A stretch of 64,000 nucleotides of DNA from IMG/VR virus record IMGVR_UViG_3300023210_002494. One strand, 5' to 3'. A program made the position numbers and the translations under genes. Numbering within the stretch: the stretch's first letter is position 1; every line of letters starts with the position of its first letter. The notes under the pieces are model-generated. The model made no database searches and was not told the origin of the DNA. It saw only the letters and a list, made by a program, of their open reading frames with translations. Shown here piece after piece: positions 9,302 through 18,945 of this stretch. Source of the stretch: an uncultured virus (IMG/VR IMGVR_UViG_3300023210_002494) (Duplodnaviria; Heunggongvirae; Uroviricota; Caudoviricetes).

Positions 9302-12300
9302 ATGGAAATACAAAAGTTTACCATAAGAAGAACCACAGCCTCCGCAACTACTTGGTCTTTACCATGTACCGGTGGTACTAATTTTTACCCTATAAATTTA
9401 AGTACTAATTGCTCTGGAATAACAATGTATAACTCCACAGGTTCTCAAGTACTAGATGCTTTGGATAGTGGAGTTATGAGTAGTTTTCCAAATGAATTAA
9501 GGGATTGTTCACCATCTGAACCATGTGTTATTTTATGGAATGCACCACTTGGAACAAGTCCAACCAACTGTACTAATACAGATGGGTATAACTACGTATC
9601 ATTTAAAGGACTTATTCTAACATCAGGTGGTACATATTACCAAAACAGTTATAATGAATTAATTACTATATACGATGTAACTAACACGAACCTAAACCAA
9701 ACACTATCATCACAGGGTATAAACGCTTTTTGGGATGAAAGTATAGAAATATGTAATTGTTTAAACCCATTAGATAGTCTTTTATATAAAATACCATTAA
9801 CATTAACACAAGATTATAACGATATTGGTCATTATAGTATTTGGGATGGTAGAATAGACCAACAACAAACATTTTCTAATTTTGTTTTTACAGCTAATAC
9901 GACAGGTAATGGTATGTTACTACAAATATATAATACCACAAATTTTGGTCAGTACAAAGAATTTCAAAAATCACCATATACCATAAATTGGGGTGAGTGC
10001 GATTGCTCAATACCAAACAACAGTCTTGGTTTTCCTTGTTGTGAAGATTTACAATATCCATCACTAACCAGCCAACATGAGTACGTTGTACCATCACAAT
10101 ATAGTGTTAAAATAACACACAATGGACCATGGGGACCAACATCGGTTAGTCAAACTATAACAGTACCAAACCTAACATATAACCAAATACTAGCTCAACC
10201 ATTTTCGTCAGCACCACCTACAGGAGCTGGAATGGGTGGAGCTTCGGTAGGAGCTGGAGTAGCACTGTCACCAACAACACCAGGAGGTGACCCCTACCAA
10301 GTAAACTTAACAGGACCTAATCCAATACCTGGAGTATATCCACCACCGTTATTTACCTCCACAGCTTATCATGGTACTTATGGGACCCTAGGTTCACTAA
10401 ACTACTACCCACTTGATTCTGGGACCAACATAAATCAATATAGTGGTACCTCTATAGGCTGTTTTGAATTAACTGGGATAACGGATAGTTCAGTAGGTAT
10501 ATTCTCAACCTACAGTAACTTACCATCTACAACAGCTCCAGGATTTTTACCTAATGGGTTTGAAACATTTGTTTCACTACCTGTTGGTGGTGATGTTATT
10601 GACCCTATAACGGGCACTATTACAGCTGGTATGGTGGGTGAAATATTTGCTGCAAATGCAGCATACACTGGATATACAATATCTTCAGCAAATGGACAAA
10701 CCCCTATAGATTTTTATGACTTCCCCAATGGAATAACAATTTTTGTGGCTACTAGTTGTGGTTTAAATTCTTTAGCATTTGGTGGTGAAGATTGTTTTGA
10801 ATGTCCAGAAGAAACTTGTGAATTTTGTTTAACTAAAGATGAATACATTGATAGAGTTACTTTACAACCACAAACAATAAGTCCTAACTCACCGGCTAAC
10901 CCACCTAACTGGTCACCTTTTGTTGATTATGTAAAAGGGGACATAGTTTATGATGTATCACCACAAGACTGTTGTTGTTATGTCGCTGTTACCGACATAA
11001 CTCAAACAAGTAATACTGGATTGAATAGTCCATTCGCTGGATTACTACCATCACAACTGTATCAAGGAGTTTGGTTAAACCCAAGTGGAGGTACTGACGT
11101 ACATGTTTGGGAAGGTTGTACTCCTGATTGTATTTCTTGTCCACCAGGAAGTGCTTTACCTTGTGCAGACCCATATAATATTTTTAATGCTTACTCACCA
11201 ATGGGACCAGTTGGTGTAGCAGGAGAATGGAATAGTACACAAGTATTTACAACAGGACAATTTATATATGGTCCAGACGGTAACTGTTATCAATCATTAA
11301 CTAATGTACCATCTGGTGTGGTACCAACAGCAATGACAAATTCTACTATGTGGGATTATGTTGGTTGTGTAAGTTGGGTGTGTCCACAAGACCTAGCAAA
11401 TCCAGGACCATATGTTTGTGAACTTATTTCTGGTAGTACACCGAATAGTTTTACATTTTATGCTGGGCCAGGAGGTTGTTTAACCGAGTACAATAACGGA
11501 AATTGTCCAGTAGACGATAGATGGCATTGTAGTAACCAGTATGGTTGTGACATGCCAGGGTGTACACAAATAGACTATACTCACTCAGCATATACGGTAT
11601 CAACATACCCTTTCGCTGTTACATTTTCATCAATGACCGATTGTGAGCAATGGTGTAACCCATTAGCATACTCATGTACAACACCAACGTCAACTCCATG
11701 TTGTTCAGAAGTTTCTTGTTTTACTCTTCCTAATTCAGACTATTATGACATAATGACAAATTATGTTTTAACCACACCACAATTAACAGCAAATATTAAT
11801 CAGTTATTTTTAGACCCATATTATGACCTAAGTGATTGTGAACTTGGTGTTTCTTCACAAGGAATATCAGCATGTTGTAATTTTACCTCTTGGGAATATT
11901 TTTGTGACCAAGGTTGTGTTGAGATTGTAGGTGGTGGTTTTCCCGATGAGATATCCTGCCAAACAGCACCAGGAAATAATAGTGGTGTACCAGGACCTTG
12001 TGGGTGGGATTGTTATGACCCATGGAACCAACCATGTAGTGGTGGTACCGGTTTTCCAGGTAGCTCAGCTTGTATACCTTGCTTCACCAATGGTTGTGGA
12101 CTATACACAACTTCCGGTGATTGTTGTAATTGGTGTGTACCACCCCTAACATCATGTTGGGTTTGTTTAAGTGGGGCATCAACACCATGTCAAAATTTAG
12201 GTCCGTGTCCAACACCACTACCAGCATGGGAAGCTGATTGGTATACTGACCCAGCTTTAGTACCATTAAGTGGGTTTGGAGCCAATCCTAATTTTTCTAA

Positions 12301-15300
12301 CTTCACATACCCAGACGGAAGTTACTCTACCGCACAACTATGTGATGATAATTGTCCAACAGAGGGTGGTTTTGATTGTTTAGAACATATGGGGAACGGT
12401 ACAAGTTATGGTCAGTGTATTAATTGGCCAAATCCAGTTGCATTACCTAGTGGGTATGCTTGGTCACCTGGAGGACCCTATGACTCTTTTTCAGCTTGTT
12501 GTCTCTCAACAGGTTGTTGTGATGTAGAATGTGACGAATCTGCACAAATATTTGACCCATTTTCTGGTCTATACGACCCATCATGGCCTTTTTGGCCTTG
12601 CGTTTTTATTGCTAGTATTGGTGCTAACACACCAAGTCCAACAGGACCAGTATATTTCACGATGGCACAGTGTACAGCAGATAACCCAACGGGGTGTGTG
12701 TCAGATGAAATAACTTGTGATTGTGCTTGTGACCCACTTACGGGTGGTCAAGGTAACGACCAAGAAGTATGGACTAACCTAACTGGGGACTATACTTTAT
12801 ACGACTATGTATCCTACCCAGGTGGTACACCTAGTACATGTTGTTATTATTGTGACTTACCTATATATAGTAACCCATTTACAGGACCACCATCAGGATT
12901 TTACGACTGTAACTACTTTGTTCCAGAGGGACCAGACGCACCTAATGGGGTACCAAATCCTTGGATAAGTTGTGGTAGTACACCTAGTGGTGCTACTACA
13001 GGGGGTTGTGACCCATGTTCGGCACCATCAGCTGACACATATAGTTGTGATTATATAGATGGGTGTGTTTTAAATGCGGTACCTTGTAATTTTGTTTTAG
13101 GACAAGAAACAGCATTAAATTGTTATACAGCCAGTACATGTCAAGATGAGTGTAAAGCAGGTTGTTATTGTGATGATAATAATACCCCAACAGATGTAAC
13201 GGACGATTTTACCGCTTGTGTTATGTTACAAGATGTTTTAAATGGTTTAACTACAAATACCTCTACTTGGTATGGTTTTATAAGTCTTTGGGCGTGTCAA
13301 CAAATGATACTACTCCCACCACCAATAAATTTAGATTGTTGTACTGTAGCTGGAACTAAGTTTCATTGTGATGATAGTGATTGGTGTAGTTCTTTAAATC
13401 CTGGTATACCAGGTACAAATGGTTTGGGGTGTATTGAAGTTTTTGCTGGAGACCCATTATATAATATAGCTGCATACACTAACCTAACAGATTGTCAACA
13501 AAACTGTAAATGGGCATGTGATGTAGCAAGTACACTTGGTACATGTCAGTTTGTTGGAAATAACCCATTAGGATTATTTCCTGAACATTCCTCAGCTTAC
13601 GATTGTTACCAAAACACAAACATGTGTGATTGTACAACTCCAGGACTTTGGTTTTGTGACACTAACGCCGGTCAATCCGCGACAACATCAAACTGTTTTC
13701 AAGAAAATGTAATACAAGGATGGCAAGGTACATCTCCTTTTGTTGGTTGGACAGATAATTTAGTTTTTGGTCAAGGAGGTACTTCTACACCATATTCTAG
13801 TGGTGTCGCAATAGGTTTTGCAAGTCAAAGTGATTGTCAACAAGCTTGTAGATTTTGTTGTGATGATGTTGTTAGTTGTACGTGTGATTTAAATCCTTAT
13901 AATTTTAGTTGTTCTATATCTATACAAGATTGTATAAACTCACAAACAACTTATCCTTGTTGTCCACTAATTACTGAATGGTGTTGTGACGAATTACTAG
14001 GTTGTGTAAGTTTTGTTGGTAGTATGCCAGCAAGTTGTGTACACGGACCATTCGCAAACCCAAGTGACTGTCAAGACGAATGTAATTTCTTATGTGGTGA
14101 ATGTACACCAGATTTAGGTTCGTCAGTACAACCAGACCCATGTCATTGTAGTCTTATAACTACACCATTTTATACAGCATCACCACCATACACAAATTGT
14201 ACCGCTTTTAATAATATGGTAGATTGTGAAACTAATGCCTATGGATTCGGTGGTGTGGGTTCTAACACAACAACGTGCTGTCCATGTCAAGACTGTCAAG
14301 TAGCCGGAAGTGTTACCTACCCAATATTCCAATCAAATACTTGGAGTTTACAAACTACCCCTATAAATTTACCACCTACAGGTAGTATTATTTCGTCCGA
14401 CCCATGGGACCCAACTATAGCTTATTTATCTGGTGATACAGTAACACATTGTGATTCTGGTGGAACTTGTTGTTGTTATGTTAATGTAATGGACGGTTAT
14501 GACCTTGCTTACCAAGGATTACAAACACCATCATATTGGTACAACACATACGCAAATTATTTAGCTAACAATCAAACTACTATTCTGGGTGACCCACTAG
14601 TTTGGATACCATGTGACACTTCTTGTCCTACTACAGCCAGTACATTAGCATATGAATGTATTCCAGGACAACCAATATACACTGTATGTTCTAACGCAAC
14701 TATGGAATTTCCAATAAACCCAGTAGGAACAAATGGGTTCGGAGTTATGGGTATTAATGCAGGAACCAGTACCTGGAACTGGCCTCACATATTTTTTGAT
14801 TGGATAGTACAAACTTACCCACCAAATACACCATTTGCTAGTAAAAAAGCTGTAAGTCCAAACGCTACTCCTTGGTCCTGTCCTAATCCTGACCCTAATC
14901 AGTATGGTGGTGCTGGTGGAGTATTTAGAACAACCCCTCATTGTCATTCTTCAAATGTTATATATACCACAGCAAATGGATGTCCCCAGTCTGTAACTTT
15001 CATTGATTGGAATGATGCTATCGCTCAATTAAATCTGGTTAATGCAAATCTAAGTTTACCACAAACATTTAATACGGGTATGAGTGTACACGACGCAAAA
15101 CTAGAGATGACGAGTTATGGGGAAACCAGTGTTGGGCTTTTTGCTGGAACATCTAGTTGTCAATGTGCACAAATAGGGCCATGTACCTGTATACCTTGTA
15201 TTTTTGGTAGTGGCCCTAACTGTGTTTACCCTGATATGAGTACCTGTATGGTAGCCGCAAACGCTACTCCTTGTTGTGTACCACCAGTAACAGGTTTCTG

Positions 15301-17188
15301 GGTTTGTGATACTGGAAATCCAAACCCACAAACTGGTGTATGTCCTTGTATTTTTGACCCAAATGCTATCGTTGGTTATAATAATATAAATACTTGTACC
15401 GCAGACACCGCAACATGCTGTTATATATCAGGAGATAGATACTTATGTGTACAAAGTGGTGCAACATCATCAGCATGGACAGGATATGACACCTACATTA
15501 ACACCCAATCTCCAATATCAGTAAGTAATTATATAAACCATTTAACTCTAGATGCTGTTAATGACGCTACATACTTGTCTAGTGTTTTTACTACTGGCCA
15601 AGTAACCGCTATCCAAAACGCAGGTTATTTTAGCAACCCTGGTACAGCTTTACAAACTTTCTTACTGAAACAAAGAGCTTTAGGTTATACGATGACTTCT
15701 GGACCTGCAGGTCTAACAATTTCTCCTTATAATACAGAATTTATAAATTATGTAGGGGGTACAAACGTTGACCCGTATGGTGCACAACCAGGATTACAAC
15801 AATCACCAGATTGTTTCCGAGAAACCAATTTAAACAATACAGGTTCTAATACCTATCGTTTAGTAGAAACAGGATTAATATTTCACAACCCAGACGTAAA
15901 TGCGGGGTGGACTTACGATTTTTTAACATTTATGGGTTGGGTACAAGCTTGTGTCACACCATCAACATGGTCAGGAGGGATTCAACCTATCTACAGTCCA
16001 ACAGCAGGTGCAGCAGGTAATCCAAATTATTCTCCAGACGGATACTTAATTGTTTTACATCTACTAACTTCCAAAATCAATCAAGACCCAAATACACCAT
16101 GTACATCACCAGGATGTACAAATTCTGTCGTAGCTTATTGTATGGAGGTAGAGTCTACACCAATTTGTCAAGCTCCATGTACTTGTATAGTTGATAATAT
16201 AAATGGTAATCACCCATCACAAATAGCTTGTGAACAAGACCCAACAAATTGTTGTGACCCATATGTTACACCTAGTTGGGATTGTAACCCATTAAACTAT
16301 ACGTGTTATGACCCAGGTACAGGACTTGGAACTTATAGTTCGTTAAATAGTTGTCAAACTAATTGTAATCCACCATTAATTGGTTGTGATGATTGTAATA
16401 TTACATTAGCAGGACAATTTGTCATAGGAGCTAATTACGTAGGTATGTTTGATAATAGTACAATATACCAACTAGATGAATGTGTATATGACCCAAGTGA
16501 TGCGGATTGTTGTTATTGTTGTGTACCTTATACTGTAGGACCAGCATCTACTCCAGTTATAGGAACAAGTCTACAAACTACATTATTTTCTTTAACATCA
16601 GCATCAGTATGTAAAGATGGACAAGGATACCCAAGTGATATTGTGGGTGTAGATATTAATGGTGGAATGTGGCAACCATGTAATGTAAATGTAAATAATA
16701 ATCCATGTGTGCCAGTGATGAGTAGTGAATGTGATGGATGTAACCAAACACTAAATAACCAAATACCACCATCATACTTACCAGTCGAGTTTCCCTGGAA
16801 CCCTGTACCAACTATATACACTTATCTTCCTTTTAATTTAGGTGACTGTATATATAATGTAGACCCAACAGGGATAGGAGAAAATTGTTGTTGGTGTTGT
16901 GCTTGTGAAAATGGGTTAAACGCTACAGGAACTGCCTGTAATCCCATCAGTGCAGCTCCACCTTCCGGTAGTAATATGATAACTGCTAGTCAACCATCAG
17001 CTTGTGCGATTGAAAATATGGACCCAGGTAGTGGAGACCCTAATACCGGTGATTTTACTACACCTGGAAATACGACATATGGTAGTGCATGGATTCCTTG
17101 TGGTATTAATAGCTCTAATAATCCTTGTGGATTTTCAAACAGTAGTTCATCATCAATTACTCCAGTATCATCTATAGTACCCCTTTAA
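9302..17188 (+). CDS. Giant cysteine-rich virion protein (putative adhesin/fibre) with CBM5/12-like and small Cys-repeat modules
   Basis: 2628 aa; ~190 Cys by hand count; repeated W-x5-Y-x2-GD-x-V modules and WxC..GC..Y...C...C modules; PKD-like YTINWG..HEY..YSVKIT segment near the N-terminus. Confidence 0.75.
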   Translation: MEIQKFTIRRTTASATTWSLPCTGGTNFYPINLSTNCSGITMYNSTGSQVLDALDSGVMSSFPNELRDCSPSEPCVILWNAPLGTSPTNCTNTDGYNYVSFKGLILTSGGTYYQNSYNELITIYDVTNTNLNQTLSSQGINAFWDESIEICNCLNPLDSLLYKIPLTLTQDYNDIGHYSIWDGRIDQQQTFSNFVFTANTTGNGMLLQIYNTTNFGQYKEFQKSPYTINWGECDCSIPNNSLGFPCCEDLQYPSLTSQHEYVVPSQYSVKITHNGPWGPTSVSQTITVPNLTYNQILAQPFSSAPPTGAGMGGASVGAGVALSPTTPGGDPYQVNLTGPNPIPGVYPPPLFTSTAYHGTYGTLGSLNYYPLDSGTNINQYSGTSIGCFELTGITDSSVGIFSTYSNLPSTTAPGFLPNGFETFVSLPVGGDVIDPITGTITAGMVGEIFAANAAYTGYTISSANGQTPIDFYDFPNGITIFVATSCGLNSLAFGGEDCFECPEETCEFCLTKDEYIDRVTLQPQTISPNSPANPPNWSPFVDYVKGDIVYDVSPQDCCCYVAVTDITQTSNTGLNSPFAGLLPSQLYQGVWLNPSGGTDVHVWEGCTPDCISCPPGSALPCADPYNIFNAYSPMGPVGVAGEWNSTQVFTTGQFIYGPDGNCYQSLTNVPSGVVPTAMTNSTMWDYVGCVSWVCPQDLANPGPYVCELISGSTPNSFTFYAGPGGCLTEYNNGNCPVDDRWHCSNQYGCDMPGCTQIDYTHSAYTVSTYPFAVTFSSMTDCEQWCNPLAYSCTTPTSTPCCSEVSCFTLPNSDYYDIMTNYVLTTPQLTANINQLFLDPYYDLSDCELGVSSQGISACCNFTSWEYFCDQGCVEIVGGGFPDEISCQTAPGNNSGVPGPCGWDCYDPWNQPCSGGTGFPGSSACIPCFTNGCGLYTTSGDCCNWCVPPLTSCWVCLSGASTPCQNLGPCPTPLPAWEADWYTDPALVPLSGFGANPNFSNFTYPDGSYSTAQLCDDNCPTEGGFDCLEHMGNGTSYGQCINWPNPVALPSGYAWSPGGPYDSFSACCLSTGCCDVECDESAQIFDPFSGLYDPSWPFWPCVFIASIGANTPSPTGPVYFTMAQCTADNPTGCVSDEITCDCACDPLTGGQGNDQEVWTNLTGDYTLYDYVSYPGGTPSTCCYYCDLPIYSNPFTGPPSGFYDCNYFVPEGPDAPNGVPNPWISCGSTPSGATTGGCDPCSAPSADTYSCDYIDGCVLNAVPCNFVLGQETALNCYTASTCQDECKAGCYCDDNNTPTDVTDDFTACVMLQDVLNGLTTNTSTWYGFISLWACQQMILLPPPINLDCCTVAGTKFHCDDSDWCSSLNPGIPGTNGLGCIEVFAGDPLYNIAAYTNLTDCQQNCKWACDVASTLGTCQFVGNNPLGLFPEHSSAYDCYQNTNMCDCTTPGLWFCDTNAGQSATTSNCFQENVIQGWQGTSPFVGWTDNLVFGQGGTSTPYSSGVAIGFASQSDCQQACRFCCDDVVSCTCDLNPYNFSCSISIQDCINSQTTYPCCPLITEWCCDELLGCVSFVGSMPASCVHGPFANPSDCQDECNFLCGECTPDLGSSVQPDPCHCSLITTPFYTASPPYTNCTAFNNMVDCETNAYGFGGVGSNTTTCCPCQDCQVAGSVTYPIFQSNTWSLQTTPINLPPTGSIISSDPWDPTIAYLSGDTVTHCDSGGTCCCYVNVMDGYDLAYQGLQTPSYWYNTYANYLANNQTTILGDPLVWIPCDTSCPTTASTLAYECIPGQPIYTVCSNATMEFPINPVGTNGFGVMGINAGTSTWNWPHIFFDWIVQTYPPNTPFASKKAVSPNATPWSCPNPDPNQYGGAGGVFRTTPHCHSSNVIYTTANGCPQSVTFIDWNDAIAQLNLVNANLSLPQTFNTGMSVHDAKLEMTSYGETSVGLFAGTSSCQCAQIGPCTCIPCIFGSGPNCVYPDMSTCMVAANATPCCVPPVTGFWVCDTGNPNPQTGVCPCIFDPNAIVGYNNINTCTADTATCCYISGDRYLCVQSGATSSAWTGYDTYINTQSPISVSNYINHLTLDAVNDATYLSSVFTTGQVTAIQNAGYFSNPGTALQTFLLKQRALGYTMTSGPAGLTISPYNTEFINYVGGTNVDPYGAQPGLQQSPDCFRETNLNNTGSNTYRLVETGLIFHNPDVNAGWTYDFLTFMGWVQACVTPSTWSGGIQPIYSPTAGAAGNPNYSPDGYLIVLHLLTSKINQDPNTPCTSPGCTNSVVAYCMEVESTPICQAPCTCIVDNINGNHPSQIACEQDPTNCCDPYVTPSWDCNPLNYTCYDPGTGLGTYSSLNSCQTNCNPPLIGCDDCNITLAGQFVIGANYVGMFDNSTIYQLDECVYDPSDADCCYCCVPYTVGPASTPVIGTSLQTTLFSLTSASVCKDGQGYPSDIVGVDINGGMWQPCNVNVNNNPCVPVMSSECDGCNQTLNNQIPPSYLPVEFPWNPVPTIYTYLPFNLGDCIYNVDPTGIGENCCWCCACENGLNATGTACNPISAAPPSGSNMITASQPSACAIENMDPGSGDPNTGDFTTPGNTTYGSAWIPCGINSSNNPCGFSNSSSSSITPVSSIVPL

Positions 17189-17200
17189 TTTAAAATAATT

Positions 17201-17773
17201 ATGGAATATGGAAAACATAAAAAATATGAAATAGCGTACATCAAGGTAGATAAAAAAATTTATATGCCTACAGTAGAAAGATTGGATAAATGGGTTGATA
17301 TAATATCTAAAAAAAATTGGTATAATAATTTTGAATTTTATATTACAGGTTCTTTTACAAGTCACATAATGAAAATAAGACCTTTTTGGCCTACATGGGA
17401 TGTAGACATGGTTGTAACACAAGAAGAAGGTAAAGAATTGGACTATGATTTAATTAAAAGAGTCTTACTGGAATCTGTTGAGGTTGCTTTAATAGACTGT
17501 GATTTTTGGATGGACCTAAGTTTCCAAAGAAAAAAAGATATATGGGGGTTAAAACCAGGACAATCACTAAATAACGCAGACACTCATATAGTAAAAGCAA
17601 TCAAATATAGTGATAAAGGTAAGGTAGAATTAATTAAAGATTTGTGGGAAATACATAGAGAGTTTCCCCTAAAAAAACATAAAGCAAGGAATAAGTTTGG
17701 TTTTAGATATGGTAAACCAATATCAATAACAGAATATAAAGAAAAATATTATACACAAAATGAGTCCGTGTAA
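17201..17773 (+). CDS. Putative nucleotidyltransferase-fold protein (Pol beta superfamily)
   Basis: FYITGSF...TWDVDMVV (GS plus DxD motif). Confidence 0.5.
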   Translation: MEYGKHKKYEIAYIKVDKKIYMPTVERLDKWVDIISKKNWYNNFEFYITGSFTSHIMKIRPFWPTWDVDMVVTQEEGKELDYDLIKRVLLESVEVALIDCDFWMDLSFQRKKDIWGLKPGQSLNNADTHIVKAIKYSDKGKVELIKDLWEIHREFPLKKHKARNKFGFRYGKPISITEYKEKYYTQNESV

Positions 17774-17786
17774 ATTATTACTTAGA

Positions 17787-17793
17787 TATTTAT
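17787..17793 (+). promoter_or_regulatory. Putative late promoter TATTTAT
   Basis: GATATTTATAAT in the short intergenic gap before ATG 17807. Confidence 0.6.
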
Positions 17794-17806
17794 AATAAAA
17801 TAATAG

Positions 17807-18028
17807 ATGGGATTTAAAAAAATTTTTAGAAATGGTTGTATCCCCCCTTTAACAAAAGAGGAGGTTTTAATGAATGTTTGTGAAAGACCGGAAACAAGGT
17901 CTAACATATTTATTGAAAGAGGAAAAATAACTGTCTTTGAAAAACCCCAAAGACTAGGGCAAACACCTAATATGGGTGAACTAGAGTTACATGGTTATGG
18001 GTTTTATAAAATAAATAAACAACCTTAA
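17807..18028 (+). CDS. Small structural protein (possibly the detached C-terminal domain of the 9302 gene family)
   Basis: LTKEEVLMNV..IFIERGK..QRLG..GYGFYKI; own late promoter; abuts the next gene. Confidence 0.6.
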   Translation: MGFKKIFRNGCIPPLTKEEVLMNVCERPETRSNIFIERGKITVFEKPQRLGQTPNMGELELHGYGFYKINKQP

Positions 18029-18030
18029 AA

Positions 18031-18939
18031 ATGGCATTAGGAGCATACGGAATAAAAAGACCAGCAGATGTACTTCCAGATGATGTGCAAATCATTGTAC
18101 ACTACACACCAAGTAGAGACGCAACATCTAATTTTGTGGTTTCACAATTACCAGCAAATACCCTATTGACACCCCACTATCACCAAAACAATACCGGTGG
18201 TGTGAACGGAGTTGAAATACTAGGTGGATTATACGACTTACAATTGCCGTCTAATGTATTTGCCTCAAAAGGAATTTATACAATTTACATTAGACCTGTT
18301 GAAATAAGAACAACCATTATAGATTGTGGTATACTAGCATCTTTACCAAACGTAAAAGGTTTAGTTTTTGATTTAAATAATGTACCAGCAGCGTATAGAA
18401 GTAGATTTAAACCACACTCCTTAGTTGGTTATAGAATAGAATATTTACAGGCTAATGGTGAAAAAATACATAACTTTTTTAGGTTAGTGACCTCTAATTT
18501 TTATTGTGAACCAGTAGCAGCAAATTTAACCAATCCAAATCAAATAGCACCTAGGTATACTTATACAAATACAGAAACAAATTTAATATTTTGTACACTA
18601 ACACCTACCAGTGCACCATCTAATAACCCCAATGCTATTCCTTTTATAGGTCAACCAGGGCAAAACGTTATTATAACAAATACATTTTTTAATCCAGTAG
18701 TGTTAGATGTTGAAATGGTAGACCATGACTTCGACACACTAGCAATAGCACTTTACGGTAACCAATCCAAATCAATAGATGATGGAATCTATACCCTTTA
18801 CGATTTCAACGATAACATATACCAACAATATAATTTATATGAAGTTAGAGATGCATTTAACGACCAATTATATGAAATTAGAGCAAATAGAGGTAACAAT
18901 ATAGATTTTAGTAAGACATTTAACCAAATAAACGTTTAA
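18031..18939 (+). CDS. Putative baseplate structural protein
   Basis: 302-aa beta-rich ORF in the structural operon. Confidence 0.6.
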   Translation: MALGAYGIKRPADVLPDDVQIIVHYTPSRDATSNFVVSQLPANTLLTPHYHQNNTGGVNGVEILGGLYDLQLPSNVFASKGIYTIYIRPVEIRTTIIDCGILASLPNVKGLVFDLNNVPAAYRSRFKPHSLVGYRIEYLQANGEKIHNFFRLVTSNFYCEPVAANLTNPNQIAPRYTYTNTETNLIFCTLTPTSAPSNNPNAIPFIGQPGQNVIITNTFFNPVVLDVEMVDHDFDTLAIALYGNQSKSIDDGIYTLYDFNDNIYQQYNLYEVRDAFNDQLYEIRANRGNNIDFSKTFNQINV

Positions 18940-18945
18940 CGAGTT

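Noticed and set aside
9302..17188. Diversity-generating retroelement target or DNA-level tandem array in the giant gene
   Set aside because: The modules are divergent at DNA level; no template/variable repeat pair differing only at adenines was seen and there is no reverse transcriptase in the window
9302..17188. Eukaryotic or giant-virus origin of the window, suggested by the Cys-rich protein
   Set aside because: The gene is embedded among gp25/gp6 baseplate genes, with a sigma70 and bacterial-type operons, and its codon style matches its neighbours
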